Shown here piece after piece: positions 12,733 through 25,091 of a DNA stretch of 64,000 nucleotides; position 1 is the stretch's first letter; every line of letters starts with the position of its first letter. Under the pieces are notes generated by a model. It ran no database searches, had not been told where the DNA came from, and saw nothing but the letters and a program-made list of their open reading frames with translations. This DNA is from Phallusia mammillata (Eukaryota): NCBI GenBank assembly GCA_965637545.1, contig OZ281494.1:11718001-11782000 (forward strand). Reading direction: 5' to 3'. The translations under genes were made by a program, and so were the position numbers.

Positions 12733-13904
12733 GCTCTGCGCACATATTGTTGCATGTGTTGGCTGTATTTAATTTGTTCTGCCACTTGATGTCAACAAAG
12801 AGCTTTAAATGACCTAAATACAAATAAGGTTCGAACATGCATAAAACATGTGTGGTCAATTTGTGAAGCTTTTTGCAACAGTATTTGTAGTTGAGACACC
12901 ATTATTTTGTGACATATTTTAAAATGTTTTTGTTGTGACTCACTTTCATTGTTTGTTTCAGTCAGCGGGCACAAAAGCCTAGTGATGGACCAGTTCTATT
13001 GTTTGCTACAGCCTACGACTTTCGTTTCGTACAGCAGCATACTTCAATGGATTGAGAACTATTATTATTTTTTTAACTTGGTGATGGCGCAGTAAAGCCT
13101 ACAGAGACACCAATCGGGTTGTTTTTTTATTATGTTTTTATTATTTCTTTAGACACGAGAGCGATGGTTTTGCAAAAATCGCTTTTGCAAAAGCACACTA
13201 AATTGACTTCGTGTCGTCCTGATAGGGCGTGATCCATATGAAACTAGGTGTAAATCGTTGAGCAAAAGAGATCTAAGTAGATAAAGCGATGACAAGTTAA
13301 ACTTCTTGTAACACCTCTGCATGTCAGTTAAAAACGTGAGTTAGTTGCATTGAGGCTTGTGCTAGTGAGACCAACATATGCGTAAAGACAGCAGGGTTGA
13401 GCACTCACCTACGTGCCTTGAATGGGCAAAGTCCAATCGTCGAAAAAACGCCGAAACGAAAAAGGCGCTTGCTGATAGTCTCTGTTGTCACTCGACAGCC
13501 GGCAAGGAAGGCACTGTAGTGTAGTAAACTTGGTTGATGGCTGTGGGCCTACCGGCTGTGCTGCTGTCGTTCGTAGTAATCTTTGCACGTGCTTTCATCG
13601 CACGACATATTGTAGAGCATTTGGGCGACAGTTTCCGCTAATTTATTGGTCTTTGACAGCATACTGTTTACAGTATAAAACACTGCAGAGAAGGGGTTTA
13701 TGTTAAAGTCAACATAACTTGTTTATATAACACATATTTTATGCCGTGGTGTTGTTATACATGCGAACGTACAAGTTAATGTGTTATTTGTCTATTGGTG
13801 TAGAACAAAGAGGATCTATATTCTAAGCTGTGATAGTCTTTGTTGAATTATGCACATGTGATACTTCACTTTTTGATCACCAAGATAAAAGGTTTAATTT
13901 TAAA

Positions 13905-16900
13905 ATGGAAGAAACAAATCTGAATACAGATGACAGGCTTATTCCTTCAGAAGAATCAAGTGTTGAGATAAAACCCAATGGAAAAGATGTTGAGGTTGTT
14001 GTTATCCATAAATCAGAATACCGAAAAGAGAGCGATGCTGATTTTGTGGACACTCAGCAACTAAAGACCAAGTTGTACACGCGTCGGTTTCTGATAATGG
14101 GAATTTTTTGCCTCTATTCAATGTCAAGTGCATTTCAGTGGATTGAATATGCCATTATCACACACATTGTCATCAAATACTATACACACAGCAATGAACT
14201 GTTTGTTGCATGGACTTCTATGATTTACATGCTGTCATACATTCCACTAATGTTTGTTGCAACTTGGATGCTTGATAACTGGGGTCTTCGGAGAATTTTG
14301 CTATTCGGAGCCACTTTAAATGCAGTGGGCTCCCTTATAAAAATAGCCAGTGTAAACCAGTACTATTTTATCATATCTTTTGTTGGTAAGTTCCATTTTT
14401 GTTGTTTTTCAATTTAAAATAATATTGTTTTCTGTTTTAGTAGGGGATTTTTATATCTTTACCCAGTTAATGAATGAATTGGTGCATTCTGTATTTCTGT
14501 TTGGGTGAATAAAAACAAAAATTATAACTTCATTTCAAATCTTCAAGGTCAAACTGTTGCTGCATGCGCCCAATCTTTCATTTTGGAAATCCCTCCCAAG
14601 ATAGCTTCATTATGGTTTGGTCCATCAGAAGTGTCAACGGCAACATCTGTTGGAGTATTTGGCAACCAGGTATTTTTGGCTTGGTGTATTGTCTAACATA
14701 CACTGTTATTTCAGTCTTTGTCAACTAAGCCATTAATTTCTGCTGGGTTAGTGTGTTCTGTTTGACCTGCTGTGGAGTTAATTTGGTAGTTGCCAATCGG
14801 TATTAATAGGTACTGGCAACCTGCAGGGCTAAATTAATACTTAGACATTAATTAATTAAAGTTTGCACTGTTAGTGTGTACTCTACACCTGCAGTGTCAT
14901 TCACTAGGCTCTGTGCTTAAATGTACATTTGTGTGTTAAATACCTGATCCCTGCAGTATGTATTTGCTTGACCAGTTCATGTTGACTAATTTCCGGCGTT
15001 AGAAATGCAAACATGTGTCTAATTGATAAATGACAAGTGTTAATATGTCATTATTTGACTGTAGTAAAACATACTATTAAATCAAATTAATTCGTGCCCA
15101 TCTCATAACTGTCAATTGTATTACCAAACTTTCTTGATTTATGACATACTTAAATCGTTTTTGCAAATCCCAGATGGTTCAAAGCTGTCACATTCACATC
15201 AGGTTTTCCAACATAGTTTTATAATTTTTAGCACAAACAAAACATTTTTATGTAATCAAAGTTTGTCAAAAATACATTGTTTGTAAAAACTATGACCTTA
15301 CCAGTAAAAAAATGCCCTGTTGCAAAAATGCGAGGTATTGAAACAGTATATGTTTCTAGATCAAATCACTAATATCACAATATGGAAAATATTACGTGAC
15401 CGGCATTCGTGACCATCGGTTCCTGTTAGCATCTGTTTTTAGCAGTTAACTGTTACTGCACCGCCGGTTCACTTCCGGCAAATAAACCAAGGCGTTTTGT
15501 ATTAAACATCGATAAGCATCGTTGTGGTCAACAGTGGGCCTACGATATGATGCAAAAACACGTAGAGTGCGACCACAAAAATGCATTGCAGTCATATTTA
15601 ATTAAGCTTTATTGAATTTTACATGGTGTTGTGGTTTCTCGGTGTTTCAACGTAGTCGGTATACGTTATGATTTGAGCCTTATGTGTATTTTGACATTCC
15701 TTAGTCTGTGTAGTAACAGCGGCTAGCATTTGCGTTTTTCACCGCAGCACAAAAACTTCCAAACTCAAGATTAACTGAAGCAAACGATTTGGTCGTATAT
15801 AGTAATAGGAATCGGTAATTTTCTGAGATATGGTTAAGTGAACGGACCACGTAGATAAATAAACCGAATTCTTTGTGCTACAACGTTGCAAAGAATTTTT
15901 TTAGAACAGGATGTTAGCAAATGTCAAAACTTCCGTTTTTACATCCTTCATTTTTTAAACCTTAAATTTACGTGACTTATATTTGCAGCTTGGTGTGGCG
16001 CTCGGATTTCTTATTCCTCCCTTAATTGTGCCGGATTCCGATAACATGGAGGCGATAGCAGCGGGATTTCGGGTTCTTTTCATCTCATCAGCCGCCGTTT
16101 GCACGATAGTGGTTTTCCTTATATTTTTCTGTGAGTTTTGAGAGCACCCATAAACGCCATTAATGGTTACTACTCATTGTCGTGTGGCTAAGCAGTAGTT
16201 AATGTTTATGATCGTTTATCGTCTTGACGAGACAATTTATGACCAATTTCGGTTAAACGCACAACTGGATCTATTGTAGTTTGCAGCCAGTTTTTGGCCT
16301 TGCTGTCTTTGTTATTGTGTATAATTCTACAAAAGAAACATAAATTGTCTTAGGTATTTATTGAAAATGTTTTAAGTTTTAGGTACACCTAACTAAGCTT
16401 TTCATCCGTTGATCGGCCAAATATTGTGTTACAAACTGGCCATTTAAACAAAAGCAAAAAATTTACACAAAATTGTGTTTGGTCGGCGATGAATCATCCT
16501 TGTTTTTTCCCCAGTCATTCGAGACAAACCACCTCTACCTCCAAGCAAGGCGAGCGCAGTTGCTTTGCAAGCTGAATCCGACAACAAGGAGGAACATACG
16601 TCATCGTTTAGTAACTACAAGCGTTCGATCGGAGCCCTTATGAAAAATGTCCCCTTTCTTTTACTGCTTGTTAGCTATGGTGAGTAAATCTTGCCCAACG
16701 ACGGAGACCAAACTAACAGCTGTAAAATGTGTTTTTCTCGACAATTCAGCAAATCGGCACCTGCAAAACAACTAACTTCGCGGCGTTGTTGCTTGCTAAC
16801 GTATCCAGCCTTTAGATCGAAAGGAATTGTGTAATTTGACTACTTGACACTATTTGCCAAACTTTGTTCAATGATCGACTTATTTCGACTTTGGTTCCAA

Positions 16901-19900
16901 TTCAAATACTAAATCTGGTAAACACTATTTGACCTTCGGACATCAGTCAGCAGGCGAGGTGTTGTGTTGTCGTGGAACTTTCCGCGTCACCTGAGTTGCT
17001 GCTGATCGATAACCTAACTACGTCATTAGATTTTCGGAGGGAATCAAAGTCGATCTGTCAGAACTTGTTGTTACACGTTTGGTTTTATGTTATATTTTGG
17101 TTTGAGTACAAAGTACAGCCTTTGAACAATGGTGTAATTATATTTACCTTCATACGGAAGTTTGCACTAAGCTTTATTGTTTGGCCAATACAGTTTTTCC
17201 ATATATGGTTCGTTAAGTGGTTTCGACTTTGTGTCAAAGGTATTTTTTATGGTGGTTTTAGCCTTACTTAAATGGTTTCTGAGCAAAGCTAAAAAAGCCT
17301 ATAGCAGTTCATAACTATTTTTACATGGACAATTATTAAGTTTTTTTGTATTTGTAGGAATCAACACTGGAACTTATTACGCGATCGGAACCCTCCTAAA
17401 TCCGATCATGCTGCCATTTCACCCGGTAAATGAAATAATTTTTGGTGAAACGCCGAAACTTGTCGTTGTTTTCTTGTATGTTATACATTGTGATATATAT
17501 TGTTGCACTGTTTCTTAATCTTAACAGGCTTTTAACTGTTTTATCCTCAACTTTTAGGACGCTGTCAGGGAAATTGGTCAAATCGGTTTAACAATGGTGG
17601 TTGCTGGCCTCGGTGGTTCGGTCATCTGCGGTTTCTTTCTCGACAAAACAAAATACTATAAGTAAGGTTGTCTTGAAAAACGTTCACCTTCGTTTGTTTT
17701 AAGCTTGAAAAAAAATCATTGCTTGTCAGTTTGAACGTTTCTCTCGATGGTTTTTAACCCATTTCAGGATTTTTTTCTTGTTTTCAACCAGTGGCTCTTT
17801 GACACTTTTTGTAGTAATAGGGCCTATATATAAAGGAAGCAAGTCTGTGTACCCGACGTCCAATTACCCTCGTTTTATAAAACTTCTAAATCCACTGCAT
17901 GTTTTGCATTTATGTATTCGTTTTCACTAGACCCCTTCAGGGACCTCGAAACCTAGTGTGGGAATCCCTGTTGCAAATGAATGGCTATCGACTGTCGGTT
18001 AGTTCCAAACACCTCTCGTTAAGTAGAATCTTTGACCTATTTGTTTACCAACGAGTTTGGGTGGCAAAATGTAACAGCGCCGTGTTGTCTGGTCAAAATC
18101 TTAAATCTGCTTCACTGTCCTATTTTGTGTTGGCTATTTTAGTCCTTGAAGTCGTTGGGCACCGAAATGTGTTCGTTAGACGCGGGCTGTTGTTAGGCCA
18201 TCAGTTGTGACGTGGGTCGATTGATTTCAATTATAACTGACGGCTGAATTTTCCGAACTGACTCCCGTAATTTTAATTAATGACGAATCAACACATAGCA
18301 ATATTGAATAGGCATTTTTTCTTTGTAATTGGTCGAAACATACGCAATATTTTGCATGCTTGCTCAAATTAAAGGAAATAATGCTGACATTGAAATATGA
18401 GTTATTTGTAGCCTACATGTTTAAACTGTACTAAACCCCGTCGAACCCGTTTATCTTTTTTCAAAAAAAGCGGGTATGAATCACTCATCATTCTCTTGCC
18501 GTTTTGCAGCAACAAAAGTTGGATGACAATTCAAATCTTTCTTCCTCATTTAGTTGGGCGTAGTTTCTGGATATCCTTCACGTTTATGTAGTTTAGTAAA
18601 AAGTAACAACAATACAACGTTTTGGCGTGTTATCGCTCCATTTTGTTGTCATTATGTTCAATTTTTTTTTTCCTTATTGTAATGATTTTTTAAGACTTCG
18701 ACTTTTAATATTACAGGGGCACGACGGTTGGAATATATGTGCTTTCCATGGTGTTCATGTTTGTTTTCACTTTTACATTACAATTAAAACTTCTTTGGTT
18801 GGACTTCATAACGATTTTCATGCTCGGGTGAGTAACACTGCTTGGTGACGTTTACAGCCTAGCTACTTTATATGTTGACGTTTAAATCCGATTAATAAAC
18901 CTGTTTTGTGTAGCCATCCTTTAAATAGTTTTAGTCTTATTGATTTTGTGACCTTTTTTGACACAACGCTTTATATACAGCTTTTTGTGCGATTTGCTAT
19001 TTTTGGTCGCATTTTCATATACTGTACTACGAATTGACCTGCAAACAAAGTACTTATCTAGTGTTAGCAGAAGCCAAATTCGGAAGTGCGATAGCAAGAG
19101 TGGCGCCATAAGATTGTTTGTTGTCTGCAGATTTTTTATGACCGGCTACCTGCCCATAGGATTCGAGTTTGGAGCCGAACTCACTTACCCAGAATCGGAG
19201 GCAACGTCAGCAGGACTACTTAACGTTTCTGCGCAGGTAAATTGATTTATTTGTTTAAGTTCTATGCCGACTGTAATTGCCCGATAATAAAAAAATAGTT
19301 TTATGGTTTGCTAATTTTTTGTGGTGGGCTTTATATTTTAACCCAGCAGTTGCCATACTCAAATTCTCATAAGGGCCAACCTAAGATGCCGCATCGTGGG
19401 CTCATTTCAATTGCTGTAGTTGATTTTGGCGTTTTACTCAATTTAAAAGATAAATTCTTAATTAGGGCATTGCGGTGAAGCGCCTTTGTGCTGGTTCATT
19501 GTTTGTGCCATATCAAAAACTTCCAACACTATCAGCAGTCTTGTTGGTGCTCTATTAATAGCACCGCTGTTGTGGAGTCGGTGAAACCTGAAAGCCAACA
19601 CCTCGATATCATGTGTACACACAGTGTGTTTTCGTTTCAACAAAGTGCTTTCGACCTTTATACTATTTGGAGACAGTGTAAAAAGGCCTTCTGAACTCAG
19701 ACTTTGCCCGACTTTTGCTTTTGAAAGAAAACATTTTGTTACCAAGAAACCAAAGCAAGGTGTGATATTAAAGATATACTACAAATAAAAACAAAATGGT
19801 GTAAATTGAATCCCGGTTGGCAAACGTGCAAGCGGCAAAGTTACGCATAGCGTCCGTCGCTACAATCGTTTGTACACTGTACAGTACATCCATAGAACTA

Positions 19901-21489
19901 GGTTGCCTTTAAACATGTTGTCATATGTATGCTTCAATCGTTACTGGATGCTACACATCTTAGCTTGCATTGTGTTATCGGTATTTGTTCAATTTTGTGC
20001 ATCCAAACACGTAAACAAAATCATGTGCATCCCAAGAAGTAATGATTTCTCTCTCACAGTTCTTCGGTATTCTGTTCATTCTGGTTGCCGGGGAGCTTCA
20101 AAAATCTTACGGTATTCTGGCTGGTGACATCTTTATGTCAGTGGCGCTCTTAGTTGGAACTGTGATGACAGGTAAGCCGATTCTCACTCCGCAGCTGTTA
20201 TAGCCGCCAACAAGGCCAATATAGCATCGCGAAATCCACCTTACTGGCTACAAAACATGTCGAATCCAAGGATTTTCGAGCTGTTTTTGTGTTACGAAAT
20301 CATTCCGTGTGACGCCATGTGGGTAATACGTCACAATGGTCAAATCATCCCGCTCTTGAGAAAATCAATATTGTATCCGCAACCCTTCCCTTACAACCGT
20401 TTGTATTTAGCTGCTACCGCAGATGCTTGGGGGCGTCGCCCAATGCTACCGATTAAGAGATATGAATCTTACATGAAATCGATGCTAACCGGGTTTCCCG
20501 TTCCAAAAAAGACGTAGACAATTAAATTAGGGAGCCCACTCGAGGTTTGGCGTAATTGATTTCCATTGTTTGGTGTCAGCGATCAATGAAAGACGTTTCT
20601 TGCCGTGATTGCTCGATGTGTGGAGAAAGTTCCTTCCTGCTTGTCGATACTGAATTAACGTAAATCTGTGCATGGCGAGAAAATTAAAAAAAAAACATTG
20701 TTAAAAAAATGTTTCCGTTTTACCACAAACGCTTTAGAACGGTGGTTCTCAACTGGTGGTCCATGTTGACTTTTTGGGTGCTCGACAGGAAGTTAATTAT
20801 ATTCAATGATAAACTAGAAATAGTTGCATATTTGATTATTGATTTTTCAAAAGAAGCAAGTTTATCCAAGTTATTGTTTGTTTATTGTTAGCTGTAAACA
20901 GTTCTTGATATCACCCATCGAGATTATGTATTAAAGGAATATATTTTAAGCTAATATGCTTGTATAGGGTTCTCTCTTTATCCTTAACAATTGACTAGTC
21001 CACGATATTCATGAAATTGAACTGGTTGTCCATGGCCTGAAACGAGTTGAGAACTACTGCTTTAGAAGGACGTGCTGTTTTGTTCCGTTTTCGTTAAATC
21101 TACAAACGCATTTGTGACAAATCACTGCACACAAAGCTATGTGGTTAAGCTTTTAATGCGTGATCAAAACGCCTTTGTTTACATTTTAGTTGCAATCAAA
21201 GCGGACCTACGAAGACAGGCTGCCAACAAATCGTCGGCACTTGTAAGTATAAACATAAACACCGATTAATTTCACAAATTCAGCTTTAAACCTTTTCGTT
21301 CGTTCACAGAGTGATTGTGACGAAACAAAAGCAACTGAACTTATGCAATGTTCCAGCTTGAACCACAACGCTAATAACAATAGCAACCGCAATTATACGT
21401 CATCACCAAATCATGACGTAGACAATGATGACGCAAAGTTGATACGTCTCACATCAGCGTCGTCATGTTACAGTGCCGATACGCGGTAA
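13905..21489 (+). CDS. FLVCR: FLVCR-family MFS transporter (SLC49A; choline/ethanolamine, historically heme), 11 coding exons, about 547 aa
   Basis: Family motifs [89 protein letters not shown] and [10 protein letters not shown]. Exons: 13905-14385, 14548-14669, 15989-16130, 16515-16679, 17358-17425, 17558-17661, 18717-18827, 19131-19236, 20060-20171, 21190-21242, 21310-21489 (TAA). All are GT-AG and total 1644 nt in frame. Confidence 0.95.
20740..21059. mobile_element. hAT-type MITE (320 bp) in FLVCR intron 9
   Basis: TIRs CGGTGGTTCTCAACT / AGTTGAGAACTACTG. Perfect 8-bp TSD CTTTAGAA on both sides. Confidence 0.9.
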
Positions 21490-23556
21490 TGACGATACGA
21501 TTGTGGTTTTCTTTTTCAGAAAATTTCTTTTTTCTTTTTCTTTTTTTTTCTTATCCAATGGTTGTGAATGTGGCGTTGGTGGTTCAATAGTCAGATTACT
21601 GTCAAAAACCGATTGGATTTTTGTTACTTCTACATGAATGATCCAAAATGTTTCAGTTTCTGTTGCTTGCATGATCCGCCATGATCAACGTCTTTTTCAG
21701 GTTCCCACTTTTTTGAAATATTATCGTTTTGTGCTTCAACATAGTCAACAGTTTGCCGCCAATGATCAACATATCACACCTGAAACTGTCATCACCTTTT
21801 CCGCAAAAATTTCAGCTGTGATGGCCGATTGGTGCAAAGTTTGATATCGGTCATATTGAAATGTGTGCAATCACATGGGTGCGTTTGAAAAATAGTGGAA
21901 AGAAGCTCCATAGCGTCGCGTTGTGGCCGATTTTTTTTTTCTATTTCGTGCTATTATTTGAGCGTTGACTGTTTATATTACATTTGCGTGCTTTTAACTG
22001 TACTTAACGCTTATACTCATCATTACGGCTGTTCGCATAACCAACAGTGTTCCTCTAAATCCAGGTAAATTGGTTTCTTTCAGTCTCCCTATCAATTGAG
22101 GCTTTTACATTTGTTTGACATTTGTTGTTTTTGATTTTTTAAATAATGTTGAATACTTTTTCGTGGTAACAATACTTTGGTTACATGCTAAACACCTCTC
22201 CGTTGATGAATACCGTTCTAAGAGATAGATATTCGAAGATAACGACCGTTGTACAACCGGATACTAGGCGCATTATCGTCAAAGAAATTTAGTATGATTT
22301 ATATGCAATGCTATCGTCCCTTGTGGTGCAACTAGCTTGCTTATGATGCAGGTTTTTAACTATCTAAGCTATAAAGGCGAACTTCTTTTTGCTTTTTCTC
22401 GGCCATATGTAGTTAATAGTTTTGCAAACAGTAATCAGATGGAGTTATAATGTCCAATGCATTGTCCTTCGGCAAACTGAGCAAAGATTTATTTTTGCTT
22501 TTGTCTTTAATGTTCATATATCCCCCAACAAGAGCCATTGAACGATAATTTTAAGGATCTGTGAAACCTAACAGTATGTTCTCAATTTGTTACTTTGCTT
22601 TTTGGATCAGCACATTTCAAAAGCACTTGTCTAACTTCTAAGCATAGTTGTTTGTGGAAATATTTTTATGAGTTTTGATCATCGTTTATACTGCTGTACT
22701 AAATTTAGAGCCGTATTTTTGTGATTATCTTGTACTAATTGAGTGTTATGCAACATGTATCTGGGTATTTTTCTTTCATTATCTCGTTAAATCAAATTAA
22801 AGTCACGGCAGCGTTTACCTTAGCATTGAAACACAAGATGTTGAATCTGAAATGTTATTGCAGTTGTAGCTTGCAAAGTGCAAAAAGTACGAAGTTGACT
22901 AATCCTTTACACAACATCTCCAGCAAGAAGTTTATGTGACATTGCTCTAACCTCAAGGACTCTGATTGGTTGAGGCAAATTTAAGTCATTAACTTCGTCA
23001 AAAAAGAAGTGCCAATAGACACGCAAAACAGGCCGGTTACTTTACTCTGGACTTGATGCAAGGCAAAAAATAAACATAGGCTAATTGGTGAAAAAGTTAA
23101 TACTACTGTAACCTTTAGCTCTGCCACAACTTCCACCAGTTAGTTATCGGTAGAACGATTAGAAACGAACAAACATTTGCTGAAAAGCGTGTTGCGAATC
23201 GACGACCAATCAACTACACGAAGTAAGAAACGTGGACGAAATCTCATTTAAAGTAGCAAACACAGCACCATTGGAAAGCGATATTATCACAAACAGCAGC
23301 TGACAGTGTGAAGATTGCGATGAGCGAAACTTGATTTTAATTTGAAGCGAAGTGCGATGTTCAGTGTATTCAGTCACCAAGGTAACCGTTTTGATCATAA
23401 ATATATGCACAAGGGTATAGAAAATCGCAAATCGGAAAAACCGTTACAAGGCAAACACGTGGATATTCGCATCCAAGCGACTCCGGATTTCCACCTAGCG
23501 GATCGCGCAAGTGCATGGGAGTTGCCACCAAGGGGGGCTGGAGGCGAATGTATTGG

Positions 23557-25091
23557 TCATACGTAATACTCTTTGTCCTTGTCGTGCTTTTGTGATTTGG
23601 CGTCCCTCTTCATTGAACCGTTTTTAATTGGTGTAACCGGTTTGCCTTTCTTCGGCATCGCGCCATATTGTCTTTCTCGCTCGTCAACGTTATACGTCAC
23701 GGAGTCCCGTTTTTTAAACCGGTACATGACGTAAAACAGCAAGAGCACGCAGCAAGCCGCCGCAGCTGCAATTCCCGCTATCATGGCTGTAGTAACGGTC
23801 GTAGCTTGGCCGATGTACACCGAATTCGTGACGTTTGACCCCACATCAACGGTGACGTCAAGCGGCGAAGATGACGTGTTACTGGTGTTGATGATGTTGT
23901 CTCCCATCGGCGAGATCGGAATCTTGATCCTCTTGGTCTTGTCTGGAGTCTGCGCACCGCCGCCGCTCCTCGTCTCTGTGACGTCATTGGTAACAAAAAC
24001 ACTCGGTAAAGGGGCTGACGTGGCACTGCTGTTGCTTTCGTAGGTGACAGAAAAGGCGGCAGGGGGTTGGGTCGACGACCGCCGGGGCGTCATTGGAGGA
24101 TTAGGCGGCGGTGGCGAGGAGGTGACTTTCGCCTGATCAAACCGGATTGAACCGGTTGAAACAGGCACCGAAGTGAGCGTCCTGTCGCTTCCCGCTGAGC
24201 CTGTCCAATCTGCCGCAGCGGTCGTGGGAATGGGGTAGGAGGGTTGTTGGTCTGTGTGTTCACCTGACGTTGCAATGGTGTTGGTAGTGGGTGGGGAAAA
24301 GAGCAAAATACGTGGATTACTTTTATGCGTGGAACTGTTCGGTTTGCTAACCGTGCTAGTGGTGTGTGTGTTGTAGTTTTGTGTTGTTTGAGTTGTGATA
24401 ACTGGTTTGGCATTGGGCTGGACGACCGGAGGATGCAATAAAGCTTCTTGGGTTGACTGAGGACTTGATGTTGGCTGTTCAGGCGTAGAGGATACAGATA
24501 CTGTGTTAGAAACCGAAGGCGTCGTGCTTGGTGGTTGTAATGTCGTTGGAAGTTTACTTGTTGAACCAATATGGACTTCTTGCGACGGAACAGGGTCTTG
24601 TGAAACTTCCTTTCGCGTAAAAAGATTAAGGATATCGCTGAGGCTTGCTTGAGAGGGAGGTGATTCAGATTCGGATTCGACATCAGTTTCGTCAAGATTC
24701 GATTCCTCGTAGGATTCAGGGCTGGTAAAAATGTCGACTATTTCATCAAAACCTTCCATTTGAACTTCCTCGACCTCTACATCTTCATCTGCGTCCTCAT
24801 ACACGCCCTCTTCCTCCTCATAATATTTTACGTCATCATGGGTGACGTCATCGACTTGGTCCTCGTCACCGTCCAGTGAATTGGTGGACGGAGTTTCATT
24901 TGTAAAGAAGCCGGATTCAATAAAGAATCGTTGAAGATCAGGTGCCAGCCCGTTGCCACCAGTTATGCCGTACTGCGCATGCGTGGTTGCCGGTGACGTA
25001 GCAGTGGTTGTTGTAGTTTTAGTGGTAGTTGATGTGATGACGTCATGTTGCTTTGCGAGGTTTGTGTCAATAAAAATCCCGGAGCCAGAAC
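23557..25091 (-). CDS. NRXN: Neurexin terminal exon (transmembrane isoform): SG repeats, acidic and Ser/Thr/Pro-rich stalk, TM, cytoplasmic tail
   Basis: Acceptor TTTTCAG|GT at 25092/25091 is in frame with ORF 23557..24804. TM segment MIAGIAAAAACCVLLLFYVMY; tail RFKKRDSVTYNVDE...KEYYV*. Confidence 0.93.

Noticed and set aside
13830-13904. ORF-track N-terminal extension of FLVCR
   Set aside because: It starts at GTG in a T-rich, probably intronic or UTR stretch; ATG 13905 has the better AAAATG context.
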